From: Utricularia gibba
Lineage: Eukaryota > Plantae > Magnoliophyta
Length of the DNA: 64,000 bases
Assembly: GCA_002189035.1 (NCBI GenBank)
Contig: NEEC01000019.1
Span: 1,054,001-1,118,000, forward strand
Reading direction: 5' to 3'
Shown: piece by piece, positions 13,422-26,428 of the stretch
Position numbering within the stretch: the stretch's first letter is position 1
Layout: each line of letters starts with the position of its first letter
Notes under the pieces: generated by a model
Told to the model about the DNA's origin: nothing
Databases searched by the model: none
Seen by the model: only the letters and a program-made list of their open reading frames with translations
Program-made: the position numbers and the translations under genes

Positions 13422-16394
13422 TTTGCCCGCTTCCTCTTCACACCCGAATCAGCATCTCAACTGGGTCACTGCCGCCCACGCCGAATCGCAAAAAAAGCAG
13501 AAGATCTGGGTAAATGCTAACGATTAGGAACACTTTGGGTTGAGGGGTGGCTTTTTTCCTCCTCTCTCTTTCAATGATACACGGATAGTTGTCGCCAAAA
13601 GGGCTCCAGGCTAAAGAACCAAAGCCAGCTAGCATACGCCACAAATCCGTTTGATTGTTGCGCCGTGAATGCACTCCGGATCCAAGTGAGTTGTGTCTGG
13701 AAGTGATGATGTCCCTGTTCCGGAAAAATGTATTAATCCATGGCTCCTCCTCCTCGTCCCTGTGTGCTTGCTTTTTACCTAACTTCTGTTCCGCATATGA
13801 AGCAGCAAAATGTTACCGCTGTCAAAATCCCAAGTCACTGCCCGTCAATAAGATTCAGCGTTTGTCCTGTATGCCACGAGCTCAGATTACCAGTAACTGG
13901 CAACTGCTCTTAACAGTTAACACCTATATTTTATTTTAACTTTATTTATTTATTTGTGTCTTTAAAACGCGTATTTTTTTTATTTTCTTACACAAATTAA
14001 AAAGTAATAGTTAATATAGTAGAAATAAAGGATTTACATACTTAATTAGATTTTTAAAATAAAATTACAGCAAATACCTTTTCTTATTACAAATCTATTT
14101 TAATCCTTGTTTAAAGATATGCAATTAAACCGTTTTAAACTACTAACCATCCTTATTATAATTGAATATCTCATGCTTCTGATATAATTAAAATGATTCT
14201 CAAAACTTAATTCTCGTATAATATAATATATATTTGAAAAATAAAAATAATTAAATTTTATTTATGTAATATGGTTATTTACTCTCAGGAAAAAAAAAAA
14301 GAAAACTTCATTTAGTATGATGTGATGTTCCATTGGAATTAAGAAAATTGTGTTTTTAAAATAATTTAATTTTAATGATACAAAATAATATAATTTATGA
14401 AGAATCATAGAGAATTAGATTATGACGTGTCCCATAAAATAATTTAATTATCTTGCTAATAAATATCAAGAAACCCCACAAATAAAAAGTTAGTAGTCTT
14501 TTTTTAAATAATTTATTAAATCATAATAAAAAATGTCCATCATCCACATCGTTTGTTAGGATATTATATTTATAATATGTTTGAGTTATTTGTATTTAAA
14601 TAAACACATATTATCTAGTCAAATGTGTTTAAAAAAATATTTTATAAGTTGAATTATTTAACAAAATTTATCTATAAGGTAAGTTTTGAAATACCGAGTT
14701 CAAAATGTTTCACATGTAAAACACTCGTGTATTGTTAAATTAGTATATCCAACATGTATTATTATCAATACACAAATACTAAACAGTTTGGCCAACAGGT
14801 TCTTATAAATTTAAGGAAAAAAAGAATTCACATAAAAATTGAAATAAAATATTATAAAAAAAGAAGCTGCACATTTAAAGCTAAAAAAAAAAGGTATTAA
14901 AGAGGAAAAATCTTACTCGTCACTCCATGTGGGTCAAAAGAGTAATTGCCATTAATTTACATGCCTTTTCCTGGATCCCCAGAATCCGATTCTTCCAATT
15001 GCTACCAAATTGCTAGATTCCTCTAAAAAACCATATTTGTGTTTGTAATAACTTGTGTTTATAAAAAATCACTTAAATATCAGTTATGTTTGGGTGTTAC
15101 CCAAACTATATAGTTTATAATCAAAGAAATCCAATCTGAGGACGAAAAGCGAAGCTAATAGATGAAAGTCATGGTCACCAAGATTTGTTTTGTACACCTC
15201 ACAGTTGTGGTCGTGGTCCAGGGGCTCCCCTTCTTGCCTTTCAATTTTGGATCCTGGGGACAAGATAATGTTGTGCTTGTTACACTGTAAAATTCAATGA
15301 AATGTGAATATTTTTTATTCCAGTATTTCAAGAAACAGCAGAGGTAATGTGAAGGAACAATCCAAGAGACAGCAGAGAAGGAATTGCCCCTTGTGAAAAG
15401 AAACCAGCATGTGGACCAAAGAGGCAGGGGGTTCAGGCCAACTCATGCTGCAGAAATGTGTGATCGACTTCTTGGGAATAGCAAGGGAGAAGATAAGGAT
15501 TCAGATTTGTGAAAAAGCCATGACTCTGAGCCTGTGACTCAGGTGAGAAACAATGCCACTGGTGACCTACTAGGATTTTGGATGCAGTTAGTGCAGTTAG
15601 TGCACTTGTTAAATAGGCAAAGGCCAAGATTTTCCATGGATATCATGAACCTTAGGCACATACCTCATATGCTTGAGTTAGTGTTGGAGGATGGAGAGGC
15701 TCAGCTTGATAAGAATCCTCTTGATTCATTCGAATCTGGAAGGTAAGGCACCTTGCCATAGAAAAAAGGGCCGCAAAACATATCTTTATGGCAGTGGAGA
15801 TAGCAGGGCAACTGGCTCTGCAACATGAAGAGAGATATGCTTGATCCAATCACAAAAAGATGATTGGGCCAGAATGTACCTTTTGTCATCAGGTATATCA
15901 CCGAGAAGAGCTCACTCAGGCACTTCCGTGATGTGGCTATGATTGCAAGCCACTGTGAGCGAGACTCAATCCATTTACAAAAATGGGAATCAAAGTCCTT
16001 ATAGCAATGTCACAAATTCACAGGCATGACAAAGGAAACAGAACTTGAAGCAAATACCCAGACACGAGGAGTCTTCATCTTCCAGCACACGATCAGGCTA
16101 AAATTCAATGTAGTTGTGATAGATGGATACTTCTTACCAATGTGAGAGAGACAACAACTGCTCTACATTTCTAATCGTTTCTAAGTTGTGCAAAGCATGT
16201 TTACCGAGAAAAAGCATAAGCTGCGATGTAAAGTAGCATCTCTCAAGGGCTAGAAAACCAGTACACTCAAAGAAATTCAACGAAAAGAAGTTCAAATCTT
16301 GAGACCAGAAAGCAGCTAAACTTGATCTCAAGCATTTAATACAATTCTCAGTAGCCATCTTCCCAGATGTTCACTTCGCTAGTACATACGCAAG

Positions 16395-16778
16395 CTACTT
16401 ATCTTTGGAAGCAGGAGTTCCGATGCCATACTTCTCCTGCAGCTTCTGAATCTCCTCCTCCTTCTTCTTCTGGTCAAACTTCTTCCCCATCTTCGCCTGC
16501 TGGTAATACAAAACAATCAAATATCTATTCGCCACGTTGAACCCCGATAGATGATCGACAGCGGTCTTAGCATCGTAGATATCCTCGTAAACCACGAAAG
16601 CGGTGCCGCGCGTGTCCTTGTTCGTCCCGATGCGTATCTGCCTGATGGCGCCGTATTTCCCGAAAATATCGTACATCTCTTCACTGGTTATGTTGAATGG
16701 AAGATTCCTCACGTACAAAACCCTATTCACTTCCGGTGGAAGACGAGTGTTCCCCTTACGCAGGCTAATCGCGGCCAT
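16395..16778 (-). CDS. SF3B6: Splicing factor 3B subunit 6 (SF3b14/p14), intronless RRM protein
   Basis: [40 protein letters not shown]...[35 protein letters not shown] is the p14 signature sequence. Confidence 0.97.
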   Translation of the reverse strand: MAAISLRKGNTRLPPEVNRVLYVRNLPFNITSEEMYDIFGKYGAIRQIRIGTNKDTRGTAFVVYEDIYDAKTAVDHLSGFNVANRYLIVLYYQQAKMGKKFDQKKKEEEIQKLQEKYGIGTPASKDK

Positions 16779-16799
16779 CGTCGGAATCTTGCGACGCTT

Positions 16800-16808
16800 C
16801 TAGGGTTT
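16800..16808 (-). promoter_or_regulatory. Telo-box (AAACCCTAG) in the SF3B6 5' leader
   Basis: ctagggttt on the + strand, 22 nt upstream of the ATG. Telo-boxes are typical of translation and RNA-processing genes. Confidence 0.5.
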
Positions 16809-16969
16809 TTCAGTAGTTCCGTTTCAGATCATTAGGGACATAAAAGAAATTCCCCTTGTATTTACCTATTTGAAAAATAATTCAATTTTTTTCACATAAT
16901 AAAAAATAATAACATTTTACCTTATTTTTAATATACTAATATTTAAATAATTAAATTTAATTACCAGGA

Positions 16970-17950
16970 TCTTCTCCATCCAAAATCATCTTGTTGCCGG
17001 GTTTTTGCGTCATCAAGCACAGCAAGCCTGAGCTCTCACAGATAATGAGCGGAAGAGAAAAGGGTTCTCAGATTGAAATGTTGGAGGCCAATCGCAGAAA
17101 GTACTAGAAGCTTCCAACACACATCACAAGCAACACTTGCGGGTGCAAACGAAGGTCATCAGGCACAAACCTCGGCCTTTGCAATGAAGCTCCAAAGACA
17201 GAAGGGGGTGAAGCTGGATGAATCGCAGTAATGATTCATAGCTTTTCAGAAACCTGCGATAAGAAGATGATATTCAGCAAAAATCTCCAATATGAGCAGA
17301 CGGACCGTGTGTTTGGAGGTGACCATAAAGTGGAGACGAATTCTGTGATGCTGCTTCACAAAGATGGTCTCCCTCTCAATGCTCTCCCAAGCATCTTGTA
17401 GTTTGCTCATAAAAGATAGAGTAAGTAACCTGCCGTAGAGTGGTGAAAGCTCGAGATCTTCGTCAATGACAAAAGGAAAGTCATGATCCGAACTGGGGTC
17501 ACTACGGCTGAATGCACTGTGTCTAAAGCCGTCATTAGGAGTCCAATAATGCACGGTATTCTCTCCAGATCCCTTAGGAAAATCCATCAACAAAGTCGAG
17601 AACTTCCCTCGAAATGCTCAACCTTTCACCACATCCACGGAATGGGGTTGCAGAGTCTTTCCAGAAATTATCGATGAACTCGGGAGGATGATTTGTGTCG
17701 CCATCATCGTAATGACCTCTAGAAAGCGAGTTCAGGCAACGAACAGGGGAAGAAAGAAGATTGTAAGTGAAGACCTTGATGGTAAAAATATAACCCCATG
17801 GGGTCTAGGGTTCTTGAATTCGGCTGATCAGGGTTTGAAAGTGGGGTTTGCGAAATGGGGAGGAGATGGAGATTGGGAATGCAGACGAAAACGAGAGCAA
17901 AATGAAGAGAATCAGTAGAAGGAGATGCTGCTTTGTGGGCGGGCCGTCAT
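16970..17950 (-). pseudogene. Decayed glycosyltransferase-like gene (At5g12260-like family, from memory)
   Basis: Minus-strand fragments: TM-like KQHLLLLILFILLSFSSAF; YIFTIKVFTYNLLSSPVRCLNSLSRGHYDDGD; SREVLDFVDGF; GENTVHYWTPNDG...PSSDHDFPFVIDEDLELSPLY. These match the recalled family pattern FTFIIKVLxFNRLxSLSRCLRSL...RILEFVDGF..GEKxVHYRTxNxG...PTSDHEFAFVVEDDLEVSPLY. In-frame TAG at 17805-17807, frameshift near 17520, and the conserved WLEAWW is lost. Confidence 0.65.
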
Positions 17951-18016
17951 TTCCAGATTCCCACTTCTTGTAGATCAGCAATGGGGTTTATGCTTCCATA
18001 TTAGCAAATCAACTTA

Positions 18017-20442
18017 ATGTTCCGCCATGGCCGTCTTCCCCATCTCCCGCTTTTCTCACAAGTTCGTCGCTCCTTGACTTCTTCTCTGCAGTGGCGAGAT
18101 TCGGCAGATATTCTCCCACTTTGCGCCGCCGCGGAGACCCTTCGTGCCACACAGCGAGCACACGCCGTTGCCATCATCGACGGCCACTTGCCGTCCAGTA
18201 TTTCCATTGCCGCTGCTCTCATTCTTTCGTATGCAACCAACCAATCATCGCTCTCCGCGCTCGTATCACTTTTCAATGGCGCAGTTCCCTTCTCTCGATC
18301 GCCGTTCCTGCACAATACTCTCATTCGTGCTTGCACGATTCTGTCAACGGGGCAATCCAAGAACGGTGCAGATAAAATTGCGTTCTTGCTGTACAATGAT
18401 CTTGCAAGGGGCCATTTTCTCAAGCCCGATGATTATACATTCCCTTTTGTTATCAAAATATGCGCTGATTTTTCGCATGTGGCTAAAGGTTTTGAGGTAC
18501 ACGGGACGTTGACAAAGTCTGGGTTTGAAGAGGATGTGGTTGTGAGCAACAATCTGCTCTACTTTTATGGTGGCTGTGGGATCTATACGTTGTGAAGAAG
18601 GTGTTCGATAAAATGCGTGAGAGAGATCTCATTTCATGGAATACGTGCATCCGAGTGTTCTTTGATAATGCTCATATCTTGGAATCACTTACCTTTTTCA
18701 AGGAAATGTTCAAACCATCTCTGCTACTACCTAATCTGGTTAGTGTTGTGAGTGCTCTGCCTGTGTCTGCTCTGCTTGAAGATAAAATGCTAGTCAGCTC
18801 AATTCACTGCTACATTGTGAAGGTTGGTTTGTATACCGAAATAAAGATATGCAATGCGTTGATTGATGCCTATGGAAAGTGTGGCAAGACAGAGGCTATG
18901 GAAGAAGTTTTTCATGAGATGGCTAACCGGAATGAGGTAACTTGGAATTCGATTATCAGAGGTTTTTCCTATGTGGGATACAAAAGCATGGCATTGGAGT
19001 GTTTTAGGGAGATGATAAACAAGCAAGTGGAGTTGAATACGATCACAGTTGCTACAATTTTACCAACACTGCAAGAGATCGGTCTGTTCCATGTTGGGAA
19101 AGAGCTTCATGCTTTCTGTGTAAAAAAGGACATGGACAATGAGGTATTTGTTGCCAATGCATTGATTGATATGTATGGAAAATGGGGTCATTCTGTTGAG
19201 GCCTCTCGTTTGTTTCATAGAACCACTGGAAAGAACATTGTATCATGGAATACTATGATTGGCAACTATGCTCAAAACGGGCAAGAATTGGATGCTGTTC
19301 AACTGCTCAGGGAAATGCAGGCTCATGGTGAATATCCAAACTCTGTCACTCTGACTAATGTTCTTCCTGCTTGTGCCAGATTAGGCTCTCTGCAGCATGG
19401 AAAGGAGATTCATGCGAGGTCAATCAGGTCACACTCTGCTTTCGACATGTTTGTTTCAAATGCATTAGGGGATATGTATTCGAAATGCAGCTCTCTAGGC
19501 TTTGCTCAAACCGTATTTGATATTTCACTCAGGGATGAAGTATCCTACAATATACTTATAACAGGCTATTCTGAAACACCAGAATGTTGCAACTCTATAA
19601 GACTGTTTGTAGATATGCACAACTTGGGTATGAATCATGATGCAGTTTCCTACACTGGAGTCTTATCTGCTTGTGCTAACTATTATGCCGTAAAGGAAGG
19701 GAAGCAAATCCATGCTTTTGCAATTCGAAGGCTGTTTCATCAACATCTTTCTATTGCAAACTCCTTTCTGGACATGTACAGCAAATGCGGCCATATAGAC
19801 ATCGCCAGAAGAGTGTTTGACAGGATGCAGGTCAGGGATGCGGCATCATGGAATACCCTGATCCTTGGTTTCGGTATGAATGGCGATCTTAGCACAGCCA
19901 TAGATCTCTTCGAAGCCATGAAAGATGATGATGAAGTTCAATACGATTCAGTTTCATACATTGCGGTTCTATCCGCCTGTAGCCATGCTGGTTGGGTTGA
20001 GATGGGCGAAATGTACTTCAGCAATATGCTAGCTCAAAACATCCAGCCCTCAGACATGCATTACGCCTGCATGGTAGATCTACTCGGCCGCTCCGGCCGC
20101 CTGAATGATGCAGTGCAGCTTATCAACAGTCTCTCCGCCGCCCCTGGTGCAGATACTTGGGGCGCGCTGCTGGGAGCCAGCAGAATCCATGGGAACATTG
20201 ATCTTGGCTGCTGGGCAGCCGAGAAGCTTCTCCAGCTGAAGCCTGATCACCCAGGGTACTACATTCTGCTATCGAATATGTATTCGGAAGCCGGCAGGTG
20301 GGATCAGGTGAGCAGAATCAGAGAAGTGATGAACTTGAGGAAGGTGAAGAAGAACCCTGGCTGCAGCTGGGTCGGATCCGGGAATGAAATCCACGGTTTT
20401 GTGACCGGAGAACGATTCGATCCTATGCTTGTGGCCTCCTGA
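18017..20442 (+). CDS. PLS-class PPR protein with E domain (organellar RNA-editing factor type), interrupted by a 1-nt frameshift at about 18580
   Basis: ORF 18017-18595 and ORF 18592-20442 join into one PLS array if one G is added to ggg at 18578-18580 (GCG-D-LYVVKKVFDKM). C-terminal E motifs HYACMVDLLGRSG, YYILLSNMYSEAGRW, KKNPGCSW. No DYW domain. Confidence 0.88.
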
Positions 20443-21844
20443 AACACCTCCAAATCTCTGGTTGCAGTGATGAAAACTGAAAAGCAAAGGGCACAGTCCA
20501 GGCAGGGATTCCAAATGTGATCACATTTTGGTTTATTCGGTATATACCAAATTATATTTTATAATTTTAATATCAAATTAAATTCTAAAACTTTTTAGAA
20601 TCATCTATCAATCATATACCAAAATACTGAATATCTAATTCCAATATCAAATAACATAAAATTCAATTAGGTATTTGGAATTTTATTAATTTTGCACATC
20701 GCGAGCATCAATTCGGTGATGTGTGATTTTTTTTATTTTTTATTCGGGAAAATTAGAAATTTAGATAAAAAAGTAATGTAATATATGAAAAGAGATGATT
20801 TGATAATTTAGATAATTTAATCTATCAAATTCTATAATATATCATTTAATGAAATAATTTTGTAACCTAAAAATTGATGATATTATACAGGTAACTAGGG
20901 TTATGTTGGATGGAGAATTTGTCACACGAAAAACGAGTCGGCAACCTCCACGTCTGAAATGCGATTTTGAACTGCAGACGGGGGTATTTGGGAGTGGACG
21001 TGGCGGTGGTGCCACGCGCCGGAACGACGTAGGAGGGTGTCGTATTGCTTCTGGTATTGGGATGGGGAAGTGGGATGGGAGTAAGATGAAAGAAAAGGTG
21101 GGAGACTGCGCCTGTGCCTGAGCCCTCGGCGCTATAATTGTTGTGTCACTGAAACGGCACATAACTTTTCCCCAACTCTCGCTCCACAGATCTCTCCGGA
21201 AATCTGCGGTTCGCTCATTGGCTTCCGGTTGTGTTGCTGCCTTCGTTGACTCTGTAGCCGGGTTGTGTGTCTTTCACTTCCGTGGCTTCTGTGGGTTGGG
21301 TAAGTTGTTTGGTTTTCCGTACGCTGCGCTGTCGTCGGCCTAGAGGTATCGAGTTTCTGGGTTGAATGCTTGGAAGCCGGTGTGATGGTTTCTTGGGTTG
21401 TATTTTTGGGTGTTATGGGGTTACTTTGTAGTTTCCCATAGCTGCTGGGGTTTTTTTATTATGGGGAAGGTTTTTGGGCTTATTTCTTGCTTGGGATTCG
21501 TAATGTGGGTTGTCATGGCATGCATGGCTGTTTATTTGCGCGATTCATGAGATCGCGTTCATGGTTGGGCGGCTTCGCTATTAGCAGTCGCGGTGACTTT
21601 TTGGGAAAAGATTTGCTTGTTTATTGCTTTTAACGTCATGGATATTGTTTCCCTTTTCCTTGCGCTCACGAACTTTCTCCCACCTTCTCCTCCCTGACGC
21701 GCTGTTTTTTGTTGCTCCGCCCCTTCGTCGTAAAATCCTCGTTTCGAAGTTTATTTTGAGGGATTTCCTATTCGAATCGTTTAATGTTTTGGACAATGGG
21801 TTTTGCTAGTTAATGCTCATGCCTGTTGTATGTCAGATATTGCT

Positions 21845-24800
21845 ATGGATTCCGCTGAGCATGATGGGAATGGTGCCTCAGAGACGCTCCCACCACCGCC
21901 TCCCGTTCCGGAAAATTTTACACCAGTGACAGTTGTTTCCAAGGCGGAGGCTCCGAAGGTTGTGCGCACTCCTATGGCCAGACGAGGCCTTGGGAATAGA
22001 GGAAACAAAGTTCCTCTACTTACTAACCATTTTAAAGTGAATGTCAGCCAGACTGATGGGTTTTTTTTCCACTACAGTGTATGTGTATCTTTTTTTCTTT
22101 GTTTCTTATTGTAAATTGAAGTGTTACAAGAGAATTTCATCCGCGTGGCTTTGATTTTGTCTGCAGGTTGCCTTGGCATATGAAGATGGGCGGCCTGTCG
22201 ATGGGAAGGGTGTTGGTAGAAGAGTACTTGACCGAGTTCATGAGACATATGACTCGGAATTGGGAGGAAAAGAATTTGCTTATGATGGTGAAAAGAGCTT
22301 ATTCACTGTTGGTTCCCTTCCACGTAACAAACTTGAGTTTACTGTTGTGCTTGAAGATGTTGTTTCCAGCAGGTTGGTATCATGTGTTGTGTTCACTTGT
22401 GATGGTGCAGGCTATGAGCTGTGTATTTATAATCGTTGGTTTGATTTTATTTAGGAACAATGGAAATTCCAGTCCTCAAAGGGATGAGCCTAATGAGTTT
22501 GATAAGAAAAGATTTAGGCGCTCACATCAGTCGAAAACCTTCAAAGTCGAGATTAGTTATGCTGCTAAGATTCCTGTTCAGGCCATAGCAAATGCCTTAC
22601 GTGGCCAGGAATCTGAAAACACTCAGGAAGCACTGCGTGTGCTTGATATTATTCTGAGACAGCATGCAGCAAAACAGTAAGTTTAATTTCTCGCAATCTT
22701 TGACTTCCTGCAATCCTTTGTTCCAAGTTGTTTGTCTTGTAGAATTTTATAATCTCTCTTCACGGTTTTCCAATTTCCAGGGGCTGCCTACTTGTACGCC
22801 AATCTTTTTTCCATAATGACCCCAAGAATTTTGCTGACGTCGGTGGCGGTGTGATTGGTTGCCGGGGTTTTCATTCAAGTTTCAGAACCACACAGGGTGG
22901 CCTGTCTTTGAACATAGGTAACCATTTTTTTTCTTTGATAACTTGGAAGGATGTAAAAGTTTGCACTGATGGGTGGTCTAATTTCTCAGATGTGTCTACA
23001 ACAATGATAATCAAGCCTGGGCCCGTTATTGACTTTCTAATTGAGAACCAGAATGTTAGGGACCCATATTCGATTGACTGGGCTAAGGTATTAGGGGAAT
23101 ATTTTCCTTTATTATTTAATTTATAGTCATTGATCAATATTTCTGCACTTCGAAATTTATCAGGCCAAACGGACTCTCAAGAATTTAAGGGTGAAGACCA
23201 TGCCAACGAACCAAGAGTACAAAATTACGGGACTGAGTGAATTACCTTGCAAAGAGCAGATGTATGTTGTTGACAGTACTTTAAATTTTTCATGAAGCTT
23301 TGCTATTTCCTTTTCTTTCTGAAAAAAACGTTTTGCAGGTTTTCACTAAAGCAGAAAAGCAAGGACCCAAACGGAGAACCCTACACGGAAGAAATCACTG
23401 TTGCTGATTACTTCATCAATCATCGTAAGACTGTGCTGAAATATTCAGCTGATCTACCATGTATCAATGTTGGCAAGCCCAAACGACCAACTTACATTCC
23501 AATGGAGGTAAACTGTGCATCTTTTGTTTGCTATGGGGAGTGCATTTATGAATGTCGTTTCTGGGAATTAGCTTTGCAGCTTAGTGTCCTTGCAACGTTA
23601 CACAAAAGCATTGAATTCATTTCAAAGAGCATCCTTAGTCGAAAAATCCAGGCAAAAACCTCAAGAGAGGATGACAGTGTTGAACAATGTAAGGGTTCTC
23701 TTTGAAGAAGCATTGTTGCTTTATTTTTGTTCTGGATGTTTGACTTCATGCTTTTGAGTTTTTCGCAGGCCTTGAAGACAAATAACTATGATGCAGAGCA
23801 CATGATGCAATCTTGCGGCGTCTCAATTGCTAAAACCTTTACTCAGGTTGAAGGACGCGTTTTGCAAACTCCAAAGGTATCTCCCATATGGTCTTGATTT
23901 AGTTTGCATGTTCCATCAATTCCAGTTCAAGATCCTTCGATTGCCGTCTTCTGTTTTGTTCTAAAGCTAAAAGTGGCCAATGGTGAAGACCTCGTTCCTC
24001 GGAATGGACGGTGGAATTTCAATCACAAGGTCCTTTTGAATTTCAATCCAAAGCTATCTCCCATATGATCTCTCCACTCTGTTTTTAATGTAAGTTGCGG
24101 AATTATTCTGCAGAAATTTGTCAATTCCAGTAGAATTGAACGTTGGGCTGTTGTAAACTTCTCTGCTCGATGTGATGCTAGAGCCCTAGTCAATGACTTG
24201 ATGAGAGTGGCAGCAGCGAAGGGATTGGTATGTTCATGACCGATATTTATCTATATCTATTAGAGAGATCTGTATACGCATGTAACATCTGCTTATGCCC
24301 CTGTGAATCAGAGTGTTGAAGACCCATTTGACGTTTTTGAAGAAGATAACCAGTATCGGAGAGCCCCACCACTTGTAAGGGTTGAAAAAATGTTTGAAGA
24401 AATACAGTCAAAGCTCCCTGGTCCACCAAAGTTTCTTCTTTGTTTACTTCCTGATCGAAAGAACTGTGAAGTTTATGGTATGTGCACCATCACAATGGCT
24501 TGCATACAATTTAAGAATACCATTGTCATTCTTTGCACTCATTGTGAAATGAACTTGGAGGTCCTTGGAAGAGGAAAAACCTGTCAGATTTTGGAGTTGT
24601 TACCCAATGCCTCGCCCCAATAACCGCATCAATGATCAATATCTTACTAATCTTTTGCTGAAGATTAACGTGAAGGTACTTCCTTGAATTTGTAGTAAAT
24701 AATGTTAGGCTGGTCTGAAGCGTATTCACGTGTTGGCTTGTGAATGTTAACGGTTTACAGCTTGGTGGGTTGAACGCTGTGCTGTCCAATGAGCTATCAG

Positions 24801-26428
24801 TTTCAATTCCTATTGTGTCAAAGATCCCGACCCTTATTCTTGGCATGGATGTGTCTCATGGCTCGCCTGGGCAATCTGATATTCCATCAATTGCTGCGGT
24901 CAGTTTTCCCTGTTAACTGTTAACTGATGTTGCGAATTCCTTTTCCCACACTGCACATAAATTTTGTGTTTATGGTTTCACCAGGTCGTCAGTTCACGGC
25001 AGTGGCCTTCAGTTTCTCGATATAGAGCATGTGTGCGCACTCAGTCCCGGAAGGTAGAAATGATTGATTCTCTTTTCAAGCGTGTCTCAGATACTGAAGA
25101 TGATGGCATCATTAGGTGGAAATTTTAGTTAGCTCTCTCAGTTTTATATAGCACGTTTAGTATCCCATCCATGATATTATCGTTTGCTTTCAATCTAGGG
25201 AACTTCTTGTAGACTTCTATACCAGTTCCGGTAAACGAAAGCCAGAGCACATTATCATTTTCAGGTATAATGGTGTGATATTCTGCATATTTGATTATTT
25301 GTTTCTTGTTTGCCTTGGTTTTTATTTTTGTTCCCGAATTATGACTATTCAGAGATGGTGTGAGTGAATCACAGTTCAACCAAGTTCTCAACAACGAGCT
25401 CACCCAAATTATGGAGGTTTCCCTTCATCAATGTGGCGTATATAAGAAATGTCTGCTCCCACATAATCTGAATTCAACATGGAAAATTGTTTTATTTCTG
25501 CAGGCTTGCAAGTTTTTGGATGAAAAATGGACCCCTAAATTTGTAGTTATTGTGGCACAGAAGAACCACCACACTAAGTTCTTTCAGCCCCAGTCCCCAG
25601 ACAATGTTCAGCCAGGTGATTTTCTCATTCTTTTGTACCTGCCTTTCGTAGTTTCACCAAGATGCAGTTGTCGTAATGGGAAGATGGTAGATTATTTGCC
25701 AACAACGGATAAAAGCTAACCCATTCTTCTGGTTTTGCAGGCACCATCATAGACAACAAAATATGTCATCCAAAGAACTACGACTTCTATCTCTGTGCTC
25801 ATGCTGGAATGATCGTAAGCGTTTCTTAACCGAATTTTTTGAAGCTCCTGAGAGCCCCTAAACACTCACTTTTCATCATTCTCAAGGGAACAACTAGGCC
25901 GACTCATTACCACGTCCTGCTGGACCAAGTTGGGTTTTCGCCAGATGATCTGCAGGAACTAGTTCACTCATTGTCTTATGTGTAAGTCCCAAATTTACAT
26001 TCAAAGACTTAAATTAGGGACACTGGATTGCCATTTCATTGCCATAGTGATGTATCTTCACCTCTTATTTTCGATAATTCTTCTGATTTGTCCCTTGAAA
26101 CTTGACACCTTTGTTTCCCACGTCACTTTCTTTGAAAAAAACAGGTACCAGAGGAGCAGCACGGCCATCTCCATCGGTAACACCACCACTAACTACAAAC
26201 CGCTATTAGCTTCCCCTTTCATGTTACCTGACATCTCCGTTGCTTCTCCTAGTTGCACCGATCTGCTACGCCCACCTGGCGGCCTCCCAACTCGGACAAT
26301 GGATGAAGTTCGAGGACGCATCCGAGACCTCCTCTAGCCACAACGGAACCACCAGCAGCGGTGCTCCAGCAATCCCTCCCATGCCCAAGCTTCAGGAGAA
26401 TGTTCGCAACTCCATGTTTTTCTGCTAG
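21845..26428 (+). CDS. AGO4: Argonaute 4 (AGO4/6/9 clade, RdDM), multi-exon
   Basis: [20 protein letters not shown] start. N/PAZ segments LLTNHFKV and [22 protein letters not shown] motifs [42 protein letters not shown]. Ends [12 protein letters not shown]. The D-E-D-H catalytic residues appear intact. Confidence 0.96.

Noticed and set aside
14541-14580. ATCCACATCG resembling the plant snRNA USE (RTCCCACATCG), followed by TATA-like sequence
   Set aside because: One base short of consensus, spacing to TATA does not fit Pol II or Pol III rules, and the downstream DNA is AT-rich with no snRNA-like sequence.
20520-20720. Scattered ATACCAAA/TTCGGTA motifs resembling hAT-MITE subterminal repeats
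   Set aside because: No terminal inverted repeats or target-site duplication could be found.
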